A stretch of 64,000 nucleotides of DNA from Eledone cirrhosa (GCA_964016885.1 OZ024758.1:17360001-17424000); one strand, 5' to 3'. Counted from the stretch's first letter, positions 45,975 to 59,390 are shown. Program-made: numbers and translations. The notes: generated by a model not told the origin, from the sequence alone.

Positions 45975-48792
45975 TTGGTAGTAGTGGTGGTGATTGGTGG
46001 TGGTGGAGGCGGTGGTTGGTGGTAGTGGCAGTGGTAGTGGTGGTGGTAGTGGTAGTGGCAGTGGTAGTGGTGGTGGTTGGTGAAGGTGGTGGTGTTGATA
46101 GTGGTGGTGGTTGGTAGTGGCAGTGGTAGTGGTGATGGTGGTGGTGGTGGTGGTGATGGTGGTGGTGGTAGTGGTGATGGTGGTCGTGGTGGTGATGGTG
46201 GTGATGGTGGTGGTGGTGGTGGGGATGATAGTGGTGGCAGTGGTGATGGTGGTAGTGGTGATGGTGGTAGTGGTGATGGTGGTGGTGATGGTGGTGGTGA
46301 TGGTGGTGGTGGTGATGGTGGTGGTGATGGTGGTGGTGGTGATAATGGTGGTGATAGTGGTGGTGGTGGGGATGATAGCGGTGGCAGTGGTGGTAGTGGT
46401 AGTGGTAGTGGTGATGGTGGTGGTGGTGATAGTGGTGATGGTGGTGGTGGTGGTGGGGATGATAGCGGTGGTGATGGTGGTAGTGGTAGTGGTGGTGATG
46501 GTGGTGGTGGTAGTGGTAGTGGTGGTGATGGTGGTGGTGGTAGTGGTAGTGGTGATGGTGGCAGTGGTGATGGTGGAAGTGGTGATGGTGGTGATGGTGG
46601 TGGTGATGGAGATTGTGATATATGTACAAACATCAAAACCCTTGATATTCTATTGTATCTAGAGCTGAAGGAGATGCTATATAAACAATACAAATGCTTT
46701 ACCTCTGTCTCTCCCCTTTAGATGATTCCAGTGAACTCTTGGTCAGCCAGCAACAATAACTTTATAGTGTACAACACTTCATGAATATACTTGACCTCTT
46801 GTGACCTTTGTTGCCTTAATGATCAATTTCAATTGTCTTCAGCATGCTTCATTGGTTGGTGGTGGTAGTGGTGATAGTGGTGGTAGTGGTGATGGTGGCG
46901 GTGGTAGTGGTGGTAGTGGTTGCTGATGGTGGTAGTGGTGATGGTGGTGGTGGTGGTGGTTGTGGTGATGGTAGTGGTTGGTGATGATGGTGGTGGTGGC
47001 GGTTGATGTTAATAGTGGTGGTGATGGTGGCGGTGGTAGTGGTGGTAGTGGTTGGTGATGATGGTGGTGGTGGCGGTTGATAATGGTGGTGATGGTGGTG
47101 GTGGTTGGTGTTGATAGTGGTGGTGATGGTGGTGGTGGTAGTGGTGATGGTGGCGGTGGTAGTGGTGGTAGTGGTTGCTGATGGTGGTAGTGGTGATGGT
47201 GGTGGTGGTGGTTGTGGTGATGGTAGTGGTTGGTGATGATGGTGGTGGTGGCGATTGATGTTAATAGTGGTGGTGATGGTGGCGGTTGATGTTAATAGTG
47301 GTGGTGATGGTGGTGGTGGTAGAGGTGATGGTGGCGGTGGTAGTGGTGGTAGTGGTTGGTGATGGTGGTGGATGTTAATAGTGGTGGTGATGGTGGTGGT
47401 GGTTGGTGTTGATAGTGGTGGTGATGGTGGTGGTGGTGGTAGTGGTGATGGTGGCGGTGGTAGTGGTGGTAGTGGTTGGTGATGGTGGTGGATGTTAATA
47501 GTGGTGGTGATGGTGGTGGTGGTTGGTGTTGATAGTGGTGGTGATGGTGGTGGTGGTGGTAGTGGTGATGGTGGCGGTGGTAGTGGTGGTAGTGGTTGGT
47601 GATGGTGGTGGATGTTAATAGTGGTGGTGATGGTGGTGGTGGTTGGTGTTGATAGTGGTGGTGATGGTGGTGGTGGTGGTAGTGGTGATGGTGGCAGTGG
47701 TAGTGGTGGCAGTGGTTGCTGATGGTGGTAGTGGTGATGGTGGTGGTGGTGGTTGTGGTGATGGTAGATGTTAATAGTGGTGGTGATGTGGTGGTTGGTG
47801 TTGATAGTGGTGGTCATGGTGGTGGTGGTAGTGGTGATGGTGGCCGTGGTAGTGGTAGCAGTGGTTGCTGATGGTGGTAGTGGTGATGGTGGTGTTGGTG
47901 GTTGTGGTGATGGTAGTGGTTGGTGGTGGTGGTGGTGGTTGATGTTAATAGTGGTGGTGATGTGGTGGTTGGTGTTGATAGTGGTGGTCATGGTGGTGGT
48001 GGTAGTGGTGATGGTGGCAGTGGTAGTGGTAGCAGTGGTTGTTGATGGTGGTAGTGGTGATGGTGGTGGTGGTGGTTGTGGTGATGGTAGTGGTGATGGT
48101 AGTGGTTGGTGATGGTGGCGGTGGTGATGGTGGTAGTGGTATTGGTGGTAGTGGTAGTAGTGATGGTGGCGGTGGTAGTGGTATTAGTGGCGGTGGTAGT
48201 GGTGGTGGCAGTGTTAGTGGTGATGGTGATTGTGGTAGTGGTGGTGATGGTGGTAGTGGTGTTGGTGGCAGTGATAATATTGATGGTGGCAGTGATAGTA
48301 TTGATGGTGGCAGTGGAAGTGATGGTGGCGGTGGTAGTAGTGGTGGCAGTGATGGTGGCGGTGGTAGCGGTGGTGGTGGCGGTGGTAGTGGTGATGATAG
48401 TGGCGGTGGTAGTGGTGATGATAGTGGTGGTGGTAGTGGTGGTGGTGGTAGGGTTGGTGATGATGATAGCAGTGATGGTGGCAGTGGTGGTAGTGGTTGA
48501 TGATGATGATGGTGATGATGATGATGGTGGTGATGATAGTGGTGGTGATAGGTGGTGGTTGATGATGATGATGGTGGTGATGTCAGTGGTGATGGTGGTA
48601 GTAATGATGGTGGTGGTGGTAGGGGTTGGTGATGGTGATGATGATGATGCCGGTGATGGTGGCGGTGGTAGTAGTGTGGGTGGTAGGTGTTGGTGATGAT
48701 GATGGTGGTAATGATGATGATGGCAGTGGTAATGGAAGTAGTTGGTGATGATGATGGCGGCGATGGTGGTAGTGGTGATGGTGGCGATGATT
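45975..48792. repeat. (GGT/GAT/AGT)n field with a 120-bp higher-order repeat (x3) at ~47330-47700
   Basis: Lines 47341-47460, 47461-47580 and 47581-47700 are essentially identical; unique island at 46610-46852. Confidence 0.92.
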
Positions 48793-48831
48793 GTTATTTC
48801 TGTTTGCCTTTTAAATACACACACACATATA

Positions 48832-49085
48832 TCATCATCATCATCATCATCAACGTTTAACGTCCGTGTTCCACGCTTGCATGGGTTTGGACGGGGGTAT
48901 TCCCACTTGAGGCAAGAGTGATTGTCTTGCTCGCATAGGACTGTCTGGCAGGTTTTCTACAGTTGGATGCCCTTCCTAACACCAACCCCATTTACAGTGT
49001 GGGACTGGGAGGTTTTTACCTTGTTACCTACACGGCCACATTACAGCGTGGACTGTGTGTTTTTTTGTCGTGACACCTACACGAT
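48832..49085 (-). mobile_element. RTE-tailed SINE 3' part (family B relative)
   Basis: ggatgcccttcctaacaccaac..catttacagtg; terminal ~125 bp nearly identical to 57378-57503 (reverse complement). Confidence 0.8.
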
Positions 49086-49309
49086 CTCATTTGTTTCGGC
49101 CTGGATGTTGTGGCACCAACATAACTTTACATAGGAGGGGGTGGTGTGGATGGGGTGGGGGTGGTGGGACGGGGGTGTATTTTGTTAGAGATGCCTACTG
49201 GCTGTAGTAGGTTTTACTATGTATTTAGGTAAGGCGGGTCTTCTCTCTCTCTCTCTATATATATATATGAAGCGATATATATATTGTTTAATGTCCAATT
49301 TCCCATGGT

Positions 49310-49352
<43 letters not shown>

Positions 49353-49534
49353 TACCATGGGAAATTGGACATTAAACAATATATATATCGCTTCACATAA
49401 TTATTGACAAGATCTTAGACTTCATTTGCCATGCCGAGTGGGGTGGACCTCATCAAATCGGACCAAGGAAACAATGTTTCCATTGAACTTTTCATTGCTG
49501 GTACTATCTACCAGTCACAACTCCTGGCAGCAAA

Positions 49535-49940
49535 CCACATGAAATAAAGTGTCTTGCTCAAGGACACAGCACCTCACCCGGTCTGAGAATTGAACTCACA
49601 ACCTCATGCTTGTGTATTGAACTCTCTAATCATTAATCCACGTTCCTTCACTACATATATATAAAGTCTCTCTTAAGCCGGAAGGCTCATTTGGCCGGTG
49701 CTTATCCTGGTTTCATGGCGTGAAGCGACTGCGAGTACAAGACTCCCGCTGGATAGGATGCCAGTCTATTACAGGGTTAAACCCCCAGCTATTACTGCTA
49801 GTACTCATTTTCAGCTGAGTATACTGGACCAATGTGAAATAAAATGTTTTGCTCAAGAACACAATACGTAACCCAGGAATCGACCAAAGACATTATGATC
49901 ATAAGTCCAACACCCTTACCACTAGGCCACATGCCTCCAC
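49535..49940 (-). mobile_element. Two tRNA-derived SINE remnants
   Basis: gaaataaagtgtcttgctcaagga plus tRNA-like heads; tactcattttcagctgagt. Confidence 0.75.
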
Positions 49941-49971
<31 letters not shown>

Positions 49972-50009
49972 AATATATATGCATATATATATATATGTAT
50001 ATATATAAA

Positions 50010-50362
50010 TGGAGGCACATGGCTTAGTGGTTAGAGCATTGGTCTTGCAATTGAAAGGTTGTGAGTTCAATTCTCAGACCGGGTGATGTGTTGTTTCTTT
50101 GAACAAGACACTTTATTTCACATTGCTCCAGTTTACTCAGCTGTAGAAATGAGATGATAGGGACCCCAGTCCCTATCATCTCATTCCACTGCAAAGTGGT
50201 CGTGGAGGTGCCACGGCAAAAAAGCACCCAGCACTCACTGTAAATGAGGTTGGTGTTAGGAAGGGCATCCAGCTGTAGAAATCAAGCCAGAATCAGTTCT
50301 CGTCCCACCTTTGCAAGCAGGGAAAAGTGGACGTAAAATGAAATGATGATGATGATGAATGA
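50010..50362 (+). mobile_element. SINE family B, full length: tRNA head, central domain, hairpin, RTE-like 3' tail with (GAT)n
   Basis: A box tggcttagtggtt, B box gagttcaattc; tail ttgcaagcagggaaaagtggacgtaaaatga shared with the RTE end at 8645-8700. Confidence 0.9.
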
Positions 50363-51494
50363 TGATATATAAATAAATTATTCCTCATATTATCCCTGAA
50401 GTTGGGTTGTTTTCTGCGACATAATCATTCCTATAACTCACAAATATCTTTTTGTTGTTTCTCTCTCAGACAATCAGTGTCTTGGATGACTACTACTATC
50501 AATTCACTGAATAATTTTTGATCTTTGCTTGTGTTATGTTATCCTACCCTAGATTCTATTGTATTTCAATATGGTGGACACTTAAAAGTAAGTTAAAGAA
50601 TATTTAATGTATTCACAAATTCAAATATACTTTGGTGGCAGATATATTTATTCATTACTATTTATTCATTACCATATTTATCTCCCTAAGGTATATGTTT
50701 GGAAGAATAAAATCATTAGTTATGAAGGAAAAGAATAAAATCGTTTCCAAACATGAAGAAATTTCATACTATCTTCTCAATCTTATCAATACAGTTCAAA
50801 TAGCTAAACCTTGAATTAGTGATTTAATATAATTAATTTACATATCATCTTTGTTTATTCTGGTTTAACTTTTGTCGGTTAACTTTAAGAGATTCACAGA
50901 AATGCTTAAATGCTTATCTATATAAACTAGATACAAACACTCACAGAGAGGTACTAAAATTCAAACAAAGCTGTAAGAATTATAACAGTGAAAGAAATAT
51001 AAATTTAACACATGCCTCATTCATAAATTCATAATCTCTATCATAAAACTTGTTCAATGTTATGACTGTAAATTTTAGTAGGTATAAAGTTGACAAAAAC
51101 ATGACGCACCATCAGAATCTGAATCACATTCACATTGACTGAGCTGTTAAAGGTTACTCGTTGTCAAATGTTTATAGCCTTTCTCCTTCAGCTTCTTAGA
51201 GAATATAAAATCAAATAGAGTTTCTTTGATATGCATTCTGCCTGGGAGTGACAGATAAATATCTTTCTTTTATGTAGTCTGAAACAGCTTAATACCAGTG
51301 AATTATTCATGTATTCAGTTAACTGTTCTAAACATAATTCAATCAGTAACATTTCCAAGTAAATGGTGCCATGATAGGAGGGCCATCTACACATCTACAC
51401 AGTTTTAGAGATCACTTAGGTAGAAAATCTATGGAAACAAGAATGTCTTTGATGATTGCTGTGATAAAATAAGTAAAACTAAAATAGTAACAAG

Positions 51495-51784
51495 AGAAGA
51501 AGAAGAAGAAGAAGAAGAAGAAGAAGAAGAAGAAGAAGAAGAAAAAGAAGAAGAAGAAGACAAAGAAGAAGAAGACAAAGAAGAAGAAGACAAAGAAGAA
51601 GAAGACAAAGAAGAAGACGACAAAGAAGAAGACGACAAAGAAGAAGACGACAAAGAAGAAGACGACAAAGAAGAAGAAGACAAAGAAGAAGACGACAAAG
51701 AAGAAGACGACAGAGAAGAAGAAGACGAAGACGACAAAGAAGTAGAAGAAGAAGAAGACGAAGACGAAGACGAAGAAGAAGAAA
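51495..51784. repeat. (GAA)n/(GAAGAAGACGACAAA)n repeat
   Basis: Direct reading. Confidence 0.95.
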
Positions 51785-52072
51785 TCTACTTATTAAGTTC
51801 AGAAAATTAATTTATAAAGATAGCATTGAAAAGTACAATTGTTCTGAAAGCAACAAATTGGTTTGAATTTATATTTACTTATTTCGAGTAATCTCTAATA
51901 TATAAATTATTTATGGCACTTCAGAAGTAGGGTAGGTCTGCAAGTGTAAATTTGTGAAATATTTCTTTGATTCAAGATGGAGAAAATAAAATCTAGCAAA
52001 GCATAAAATAAATGTTATATGTTAATATATGGCTTGAGGAAGCAATAGTGACAGAAGCAGTAGACTAAATGC

Positions 52073-53886
52073 ATGGCAGTATCAGTAGAGAGTCGGACGC
52101 CATGCTTTCCAGCATAGTTACGTCCCTTTACGGTCTGAGTTCAAATCCCGCCGAGGTTAACTTTGCCTTTCATCCTTACGGGGTCGATAAAATAAAGTAC
52201 CAGTAATGTACTGGGTAATTGATGGCCTTGTGCCAAAAGTAGAAACAGTTATTTAGTTTTATCTCTTTGAGTTCAAATCATGCTGAGATTTATTTTTTCC
52301 CTCTTATTCTTTACAGAGTTGATCAAATAGTCATTCACCCATATTGGCTTTCCCTTAGCCCTTTAGCATTTCCATTGCTCTATATCTATTATTGAATTTT
52401 CACGGTAAAGGCTTTATCTCACATAATATCGAATGTACGAGATTTTGATATTAATTATTTTGAGAACAATACCATAACATTAGTATGAGTGGTCAGTTAC
52501 AGCTGGTTTGAACAGAAAGAGGTGAGAGAATTCTGGCTGGATACTGTCATAACTGACATAATCCTCTCACCTCTTTCCGTTCAAATCAACTGTAACCATC
52601 CTCTCATACTGATTTTAAAGTATTATTCTCAAAATAAATAATTGTTTCTATTTTTGGCACAAGGCCAGCAATTATCACAGTGCATTACTGGTACTTTATT
52701 TTATCGGCCCTGTAAGTTAAGCTCGGCATGATTTGAACTCAAACCTTAAAGTGGTGTAACTCTATGCTGCCAATCCAGCAGCCTCAAAATAAATAATATC
52801 AAAATCTCATAGATTTGATATTATGTGAGATAAGTGAAATAAAGCCTTTACCATGAAAATACAATAATATATGTACAGAGTAATGTAAATGCTAAAGGGT
52901 TAAGATATTTCTAATGATATTTAATTCATTTAAATATCAATACTGTGAAAATACAATAGTATAATATAGAATAGTGTAAAGGCTAAAGGGTTAACACTTT
53001 AGCATTCAAACTGGCCATATCCGGCCAGAAATGTCTCACCTCTTTCTGTTCAAACCAGTTGATACTGGCTGCTTTTACTGATGTTAAGGTAGTGTTCTCA
53101 AAATAAATAATTGTTTCTACTTTAGGCACAAGGCCAGCAATTACCCAGTGCATTACTGGTACTTTATTTTATCGACTCCGTAAGGATGAAAGGCAAAGTC
53201 AACCTCGGCGGGATTTGAACTCAGATCGTAAAGGGACGTAACTATGCTGGAAAGCATGGCGTCCGACCCTCTCCCGATACTGCCAATCCACCGAAATAAA
53301 TAATATCAAAATCTCATAGATTCGATATTATATAAGATAATTATGTAAGATAAAGTGTTTGCTACAAAAATACAATAGTAAATATAGAATAGTGTAAATG
53401 CTAAAGGGTTAATGTTGGGATAAGTAACCAGTTATAGCCGGTTTAAATGCTAAATGTTTACATAAGGTCCAAGGATAATGTAGTGGTGATATTGTTAAAG
53501 CATCAGACAAGATTTTGTAGTATTGTTTTACAGCAAACAGTTACATCCCTTTACATTCTGATTTCAAATCCCGCTGATGTTAGCTTTGCCTTTCATCCTT
53601 ATGGGGTCGTTAAAACAAAGTACCAGTAACGCATTGGGGTCGATTGAATTGACTTTCCCTTTGCCCCTCTTCAAATTGCTGGCCTTGTGCCTAAAGTAGA
53701 AATAATTAATATGGATTGGCAGTATCGGTCAGACACCATACTTTGCAGCATAGAGTTACGACCCTTTACGTTCTGAGTTCAAATCCTGCCAAGGTTAGTT
53801 TTGTCCAGTAATGCACTGGGGTCGATTTAATTGACTTTCCCTTCCTACTCCAATTGCTGATCTTGTGCCTAAAGTAGAAACAATTA
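52073..53886. mobile_element. Cluster of nested SINE-A copies (52073, 52641, 53110, 53530, 53713) and piggyBac-type MITE family 1 copies (ends at ~52355, 52893, 52994, 53412)
   Basis: Repeated aatgctaaagggttaa termini and SINE-A consensus matches. Confidence 0.85.
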
Positions 53887-53929
53887 TTTAATATACTCAG
53901 TAAAGGCTATTCTTAGGTAAAATGTCATC

Positions 53930-54371
53930 CTCATCATCATCACCATTTTACACCTGTTCTTCCATGCTAGCATGGGTTAGGCGGGTTGTCCTATTGTGGG
54001 CAGTGTCCGGTCGGCTGACCTTGTCTTGCTCATACGGGAACTGATTCTGGCTTGATTTCTTCAGCTGGATGCCCTTCCTAACCCCAACCTCATTTACAGT
54101 AAGTGCTAAGTGCTTTTTTTCTGTGGTGCCTACATGTCCACTTCACAGTGTGGACTGGGTGCATTTTTGCCGTGGCATCTCCATGACCACATTGCAGTGG
54201 AATGGTAGGGACCTCCAGTCCTATCATCTCATTTCTACAGCTGAGTAAACTGGAGCAATGTGAAATAAAGTGTCTTGCTCAAGGAAACAACACATCACTC
54301 AGTCTGAGAATTGAACTCACAACCTTTCGATTGCAAGACCAATACTCAAACCACTAAGCCATGTGCCTTCA
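53930..54371 (-). mobile_element. SINE family B (long variant)
   Basis: tRNA head at 54240-54371; tail catgctagcatgggttag; related pieces at 55043-55280 and 59930-60199. Confidence 0.85.
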
Positions 54372-54707
54372 CAAAATGTAAGTATGTAATAGTAAAACAA
54401 TATTTTACCAAATTTTGATAGTGTAGTATAGAATTAGAGAGTACAGTGGAGAACGGAAGGAAGTAAGCGAAGAAGGGAACAAGATGGAAGATGAGCAAGA
54501 CCAAACAATAATGACAAAATAATTAGATACTGAAATATGTAGAATGAATGTAAAATTTGGCAGTTAAAATCAGTGTAAAAAATCAAAGTGGAAGCAAAGG
54601 CGAAGAAAGAGAAGAATGGATAGTCTATTACCATTGAGAATGTGTGTAGAATGGGGTGGAAAAGTATTCCTAACTTTTAATAGAAAATTCCAATGAAACC
54701 AGCTGTA

Positions 54708-55452
54708 AAGTTACCCAGGTTCTATGATACACAAGTATTTGTTTTAAAGTGTTTATGTTTATTTAAAATCCCTTACATCAGAATTTTATGCAAAAATGTT
54801 TAACTATTCCCCAAACACCAGTTTAATAATGAAAAAGATATTTTATAAAATACCTTCAAATTTTTGATTATTTTCAAAGTAAATTGAAAATTATAACACA
54901 ATGGCTTTCATAAGAAATATGGTAACAAAAGGGTCAAAGTAACCACTAGCAGAATTTTTAGAAAGAGTTGAATCTTTTCATAACAAACTGCCTGCAACGG
55001 TCCCTGGTTCTATGATACAAAGTTGTTTTTTTTAATGTTTATCATCATCACTGTTTTACGTCTATTCTTCCATGCTAACATGGGTTAGTAGAGTTGGCTT
55101 GTTGTGGGCAATGCCAGATCAGGTGACCATGTGTTGCTCATACAGAACTGATTTTGGCTTGATTTCTACAGCTGGATGCCCTTCCTAATGCAAACCTCAT
55201 TTACAGTTAGTACTGGGTGCTTTTTGTCGTGACACCTACATGAACACTTTATAGTGCAGGATGGGTGCTTTTTGTCATGACAAAAATCATTCCATCATAA
55301 TTTTACATAAGAACATTTATAAGTTATATTCCAAACACCAGGTCAATAATGAGAAAATCATATTACTAAATCTTTTCAAGTTCTTGATTATTTAAAAAAA
55401 ATTGATTGAAAATTATGAAGTAGTGTCTTTCATTGGAAATATGGAAACAAAA
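54708..55452 (+). mobile_element. Two degraded MITE family 2 copies, the second interrupted by a SINE-B fragment
   Basis: ggttctatgatac...ccaaacacca..taat...aaatatgg.aacaaaa shared between copies and with ~60445-61235. Confidence 0.6.
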
Positions 55453-56878
55453 TTCACAGAATTCTTAAAAGAATTAAACTGACAAAGGCATAATAGAATA
55501 TCTTGCAAAAGGTTTTGTTTTCAAATAATGAAAAGTAAAAGAAATAATCCATTATAAGTGATGAAATATGAATATGTAGTCTTGCACTTTAACCACATCA
55601 CTACTGTGTCTCTCCAATTTGTTTTCAAAAGGAAAAGAGAAGTGTTGTTTCTCTTTGATTCATATTTGTATGAATAGAATATTTCTGCAAACTGAAAACA
55701 TTTAGAACTGTGATTTGCAAACGTTTTAGTCCATTGCTCTCTTAGTTCTATGTCTCATCCTCAATGCATCTCCTCTCTAGCCTTAACCATTATCCAAAAG
55801 CGAGTGGATTGCAATGCACTATGAAAGATAATAACATATGAAATATCAAAGGGATAACCATAAATCCATTGTTCCATCAGCAAGGCCTTCACTAAAGCTG
55901 TCGCCTTTAGTCCTCCCCAAGGAAACCATTGATTTCGATGAATAAATTGATTCTTTCAATAAACTAAACAGCTCATCAATAAAATCATGAGTGGTACCTC
56001 TTCATATTATCATCTATTGCTCAGGGGTACAATTCAATGACAGTGACAGCTTTTTGTATTAATAAACCTATGTTTTGTTGGTCAATATAGAGCTAGCACT
56101 TTAAACAGTCGACCACTGCACCTCTTTAAGCATGGATAAATAAAAACAGATTTTTGTCAGTATCACATAGGAAGACTATACAGCAATGAAAATTCCTCGA
56201 ATCAATATAGAGTAGAAAACTAAAGATATCAACTCGCACAAATGTAAAGATTCATTTCCATTTCCCATTATTGAGGTTCATTGGGAAAGTATTAACAACA
56301 CCTGCTGTACAAGATGCTATACAATACTACAAATAAATAAAAATAAAATAAAAACAGCAAAAAAAAAAATATGTACATCTATAAAAAGTTGTTTTGTGAA
56401 ACTTCCATAAATATAGAAGTAGAAAAAAAATTAGAAAATAAAAACGAGGGAATAAAGTGAGAAGAAAAAGCATTGACATTGTTTTTTAATGATTTTATAT
56501 TGTATATATATATATATTGTGTGTGTATATAAATATATACATATATACGTATGAGTGTATATATATGTGTGTATATATATATGTATGTATATATATATAT
56601 ATATATATGAATGTGTGTGTGTATATAAATATATATATATGTATATATATATGTGTATATATATGTATATATATAAGTATATATATATATGTATATATAT
56701 GTATATATATATGTATATATATATATGTATATATATGTGTATATATATATATGTATATATATGTATATATATATATATATATGTATATATATGTGTATAT
56801 ATATATATCTATATATATGTGTATATATATATGTATATATATGTATATATATATGTATATATATATATATGTGTATAT

Positions 56879-57072
56879 AACGAAGGAAATGTGGTAAGGA
56901 ACCAGGTGGACCATAACGCACCAAAGTACTCAATACTTGAGGTAGTAGAGTGGGTAATAGGAACCAGTAAGACCCCGACAGCTGAGCTCAAGCCGTTTCG
57001 ACGGCTAATTCTGTCCAGAATTAGCCATCGAAACGGCTTGAGCTCAGCTGTCGGGGTCTTACTGGTTCCTAT
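56879..57072. mobile_element. Fold-back element H7: 116-bp palindrome (56957-57072) containing the 3' half of a hammerhead, plus an ~80-bp extension, within (TA)n
   Basis: 57-bp arms with one mismatch and a 2-nt centre; right arm reads cagaattagccatc GAAA cggct-tgagctc-agctg TC gggg. Confidence 0.7.
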
Positions 57073-57213
57073 ATGTGTATATATATATGTATATATATGT
57101 ATATATATATGTATATATATATATATGTATATATATGTGTATATATATATATGTATATATATATATATGTCGATATATATATGTATATATATGTGTATAT
57201 ATATATATGTATA

Positions 57214-57348
<135 letters not shown>

Positions 57349-57540
57349 GTATATATATATGTATATATATGTATATACTGTAGAAAACCTGCCAGACTGT
57401 CCTATGCGAGCAAGACAATCACTCTTGCCTCAAGTGGGAATACCCCCGTCCAAACCCATGCAAGCGTGGAACACGGACGTTAAACGTTGATGATGATGAT
57501 GATGTATATATGTATATATATGTATATATATATAAATATG

Positions 57541-57588
<48 letters not shown>

Positions 57589-57590
57589 TG

Positions 57591-57623
<33 letters not shown>

Positions 57624-58544
57624 GTATATATATGTATATATATATTATATATATATATATATAAATATGTATATATATATATATGTATATATATATGTAT
57701 ATATATGTATATATATATTATATATATATGTATATATATATATTTTTTTTTTTTTTTTCTACTAAAATGGTTCAGTTCTAAAAAATGAGAAATTTGTGTT
57801 GGTGAATAAAAAATGTATAAAGCTCTTAGGGAAATAATAGTACAATGTCTGGACCACTACAGGTAAACTTTATATCCTAGGAGACAATCATTGTAAGATT
57901 GCTTGGAATTTATATTGAATAACAGAGAGAAATTTTTCAAGAACATTTTCAAAATAAGTTTTTTTTTTTTTTTTTTTTTCATTTCATTGTTTATATATTT
58001 TGAATTGTGTAATGTTTTTAGATTTTATTTTGAAAACCCATAACTCCTATAACCATGAAAATAAAAAATAAAAATAAAATAACAAAAAAAAATAATAAAA
58101 AAAAAATCATTAAAAAAAGGGGGAAAAAGCCTACCAAAAATAACAGAATAAATAACAAAAAAAATAAGAATAACAAAAAAAAATAATAAAAACGGGATAA
58201 ATAGCCTACCAAAAAAAAAAGAAAATAATAATAATTAAAAAAAATAAAAAAAAATAAAAAGAAGGGTAAAAAAGCCTACCAAAATTAACCAAAGAACAAC
58301 AACAAAAATCTAACAAAAAAAATAATAAAAAGGGGGAAAAAAAGCCTACCAAAAATAAAAAGAAAACTATCAAAATGTCAAGAAAATCATAGTAGATTTG
58401 CGATTGGTTATAAACCATTATGAATGGAACACATTAATTATCACAACCTTCATTTATTCACTTTGATGTTGGTCTTTTCAGCTGTGAGACAGACAGATAT
58501 CAGTTTCTCCCATTGACATGGAAAATGGACATTAAAATAACATT

Positions 58545-59390
58545 GATGATAGTCTTGATGATGGTGATGGTGATGGTGATGATAGTGGTGATGGTGATGA
58601 GGATGGTGATGGCGGGGATGGTGATGGTGATGGCGGTGGTCATGGTGGTGATGATGATGGTGGGGATGATAGTGGTGATGATGATGAGGATGGTGATGGC
58701 GGGGATGGTGATGGTGGTGGTCATGGTGGTGATGATGGTGGTGGGGATGATAGTGGTGATGGTGATGGTGGTGGGGATGATAGTGGTGATGGTGATGAGG
58801 ATGGTGGTGGTCATGGTGGTGATGATGATGGTGGGGATGATAGTGGTGATGATGATGAGGATGGTGATGGTGGGGATGGGGATGGTGATGATGGTGGTGG
58901 TGATGATGGTGATGATAGTGGTGATGGTGATGAGGATGGTGATGGCGGGGATGATGATGGTGATGGTGATGGTGATGATGGTGATGGTGGTGGGGATGAT
59001 AGTGGTGATGGTGATGAGGATGGTGATGGTGGGGATGGTGATGGTGATGATGGTGATGATAGTGGTGATGGTGATGATAGTGGTGGTGGTGATGATAGTG
59101 GTGATGGTGATGAGGATGGTGATGATGGGGATGATGATGGTGATGGTGATGATGGTGGTGGTGATGATGGTGATGATAGTGGTGATGGTGATGATAGTGG
59201 TGGTGGTGATGATAGTGGTGATGGCAGGGATGAGGATGGTGATGGTGGGGATGATGATGGTGATGGTGATGATGGTGGTGATCGTGATGATGGTGGGGAT
59301 GATAGTGGTGATGATGGTGATGGTGGTGATGGTGATGATGGTGGTGATGGTGGTGATGGTGATGGTGGTGATGATGGTGGTGATGGTTAT
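58545..59390. repeat. (GAT/GGT)n repeat
   Basis: Direct reading; the M/V-rich ORF is an artefact. Confidence 0.93.

Noticed and set aside
45920-48824. Pro/Thr/His/Gly-rich mucin- or extensin-like ORFs
   Set aside because: (GGT)n-derived repeats with frame switches; no signal peptide or coherent single frame.
50010-50085. tRNA gene
   Set aside because: A and B boxes are present but the acceptor and anticodon stems pair poorly, and the sequence continues into a SINE body found in several copies.
58040-58372. A-rich region with four agcctaccaaaa anchors
   Set aside because: Low-complexity degenerate tandem repeat; no evidence of function.
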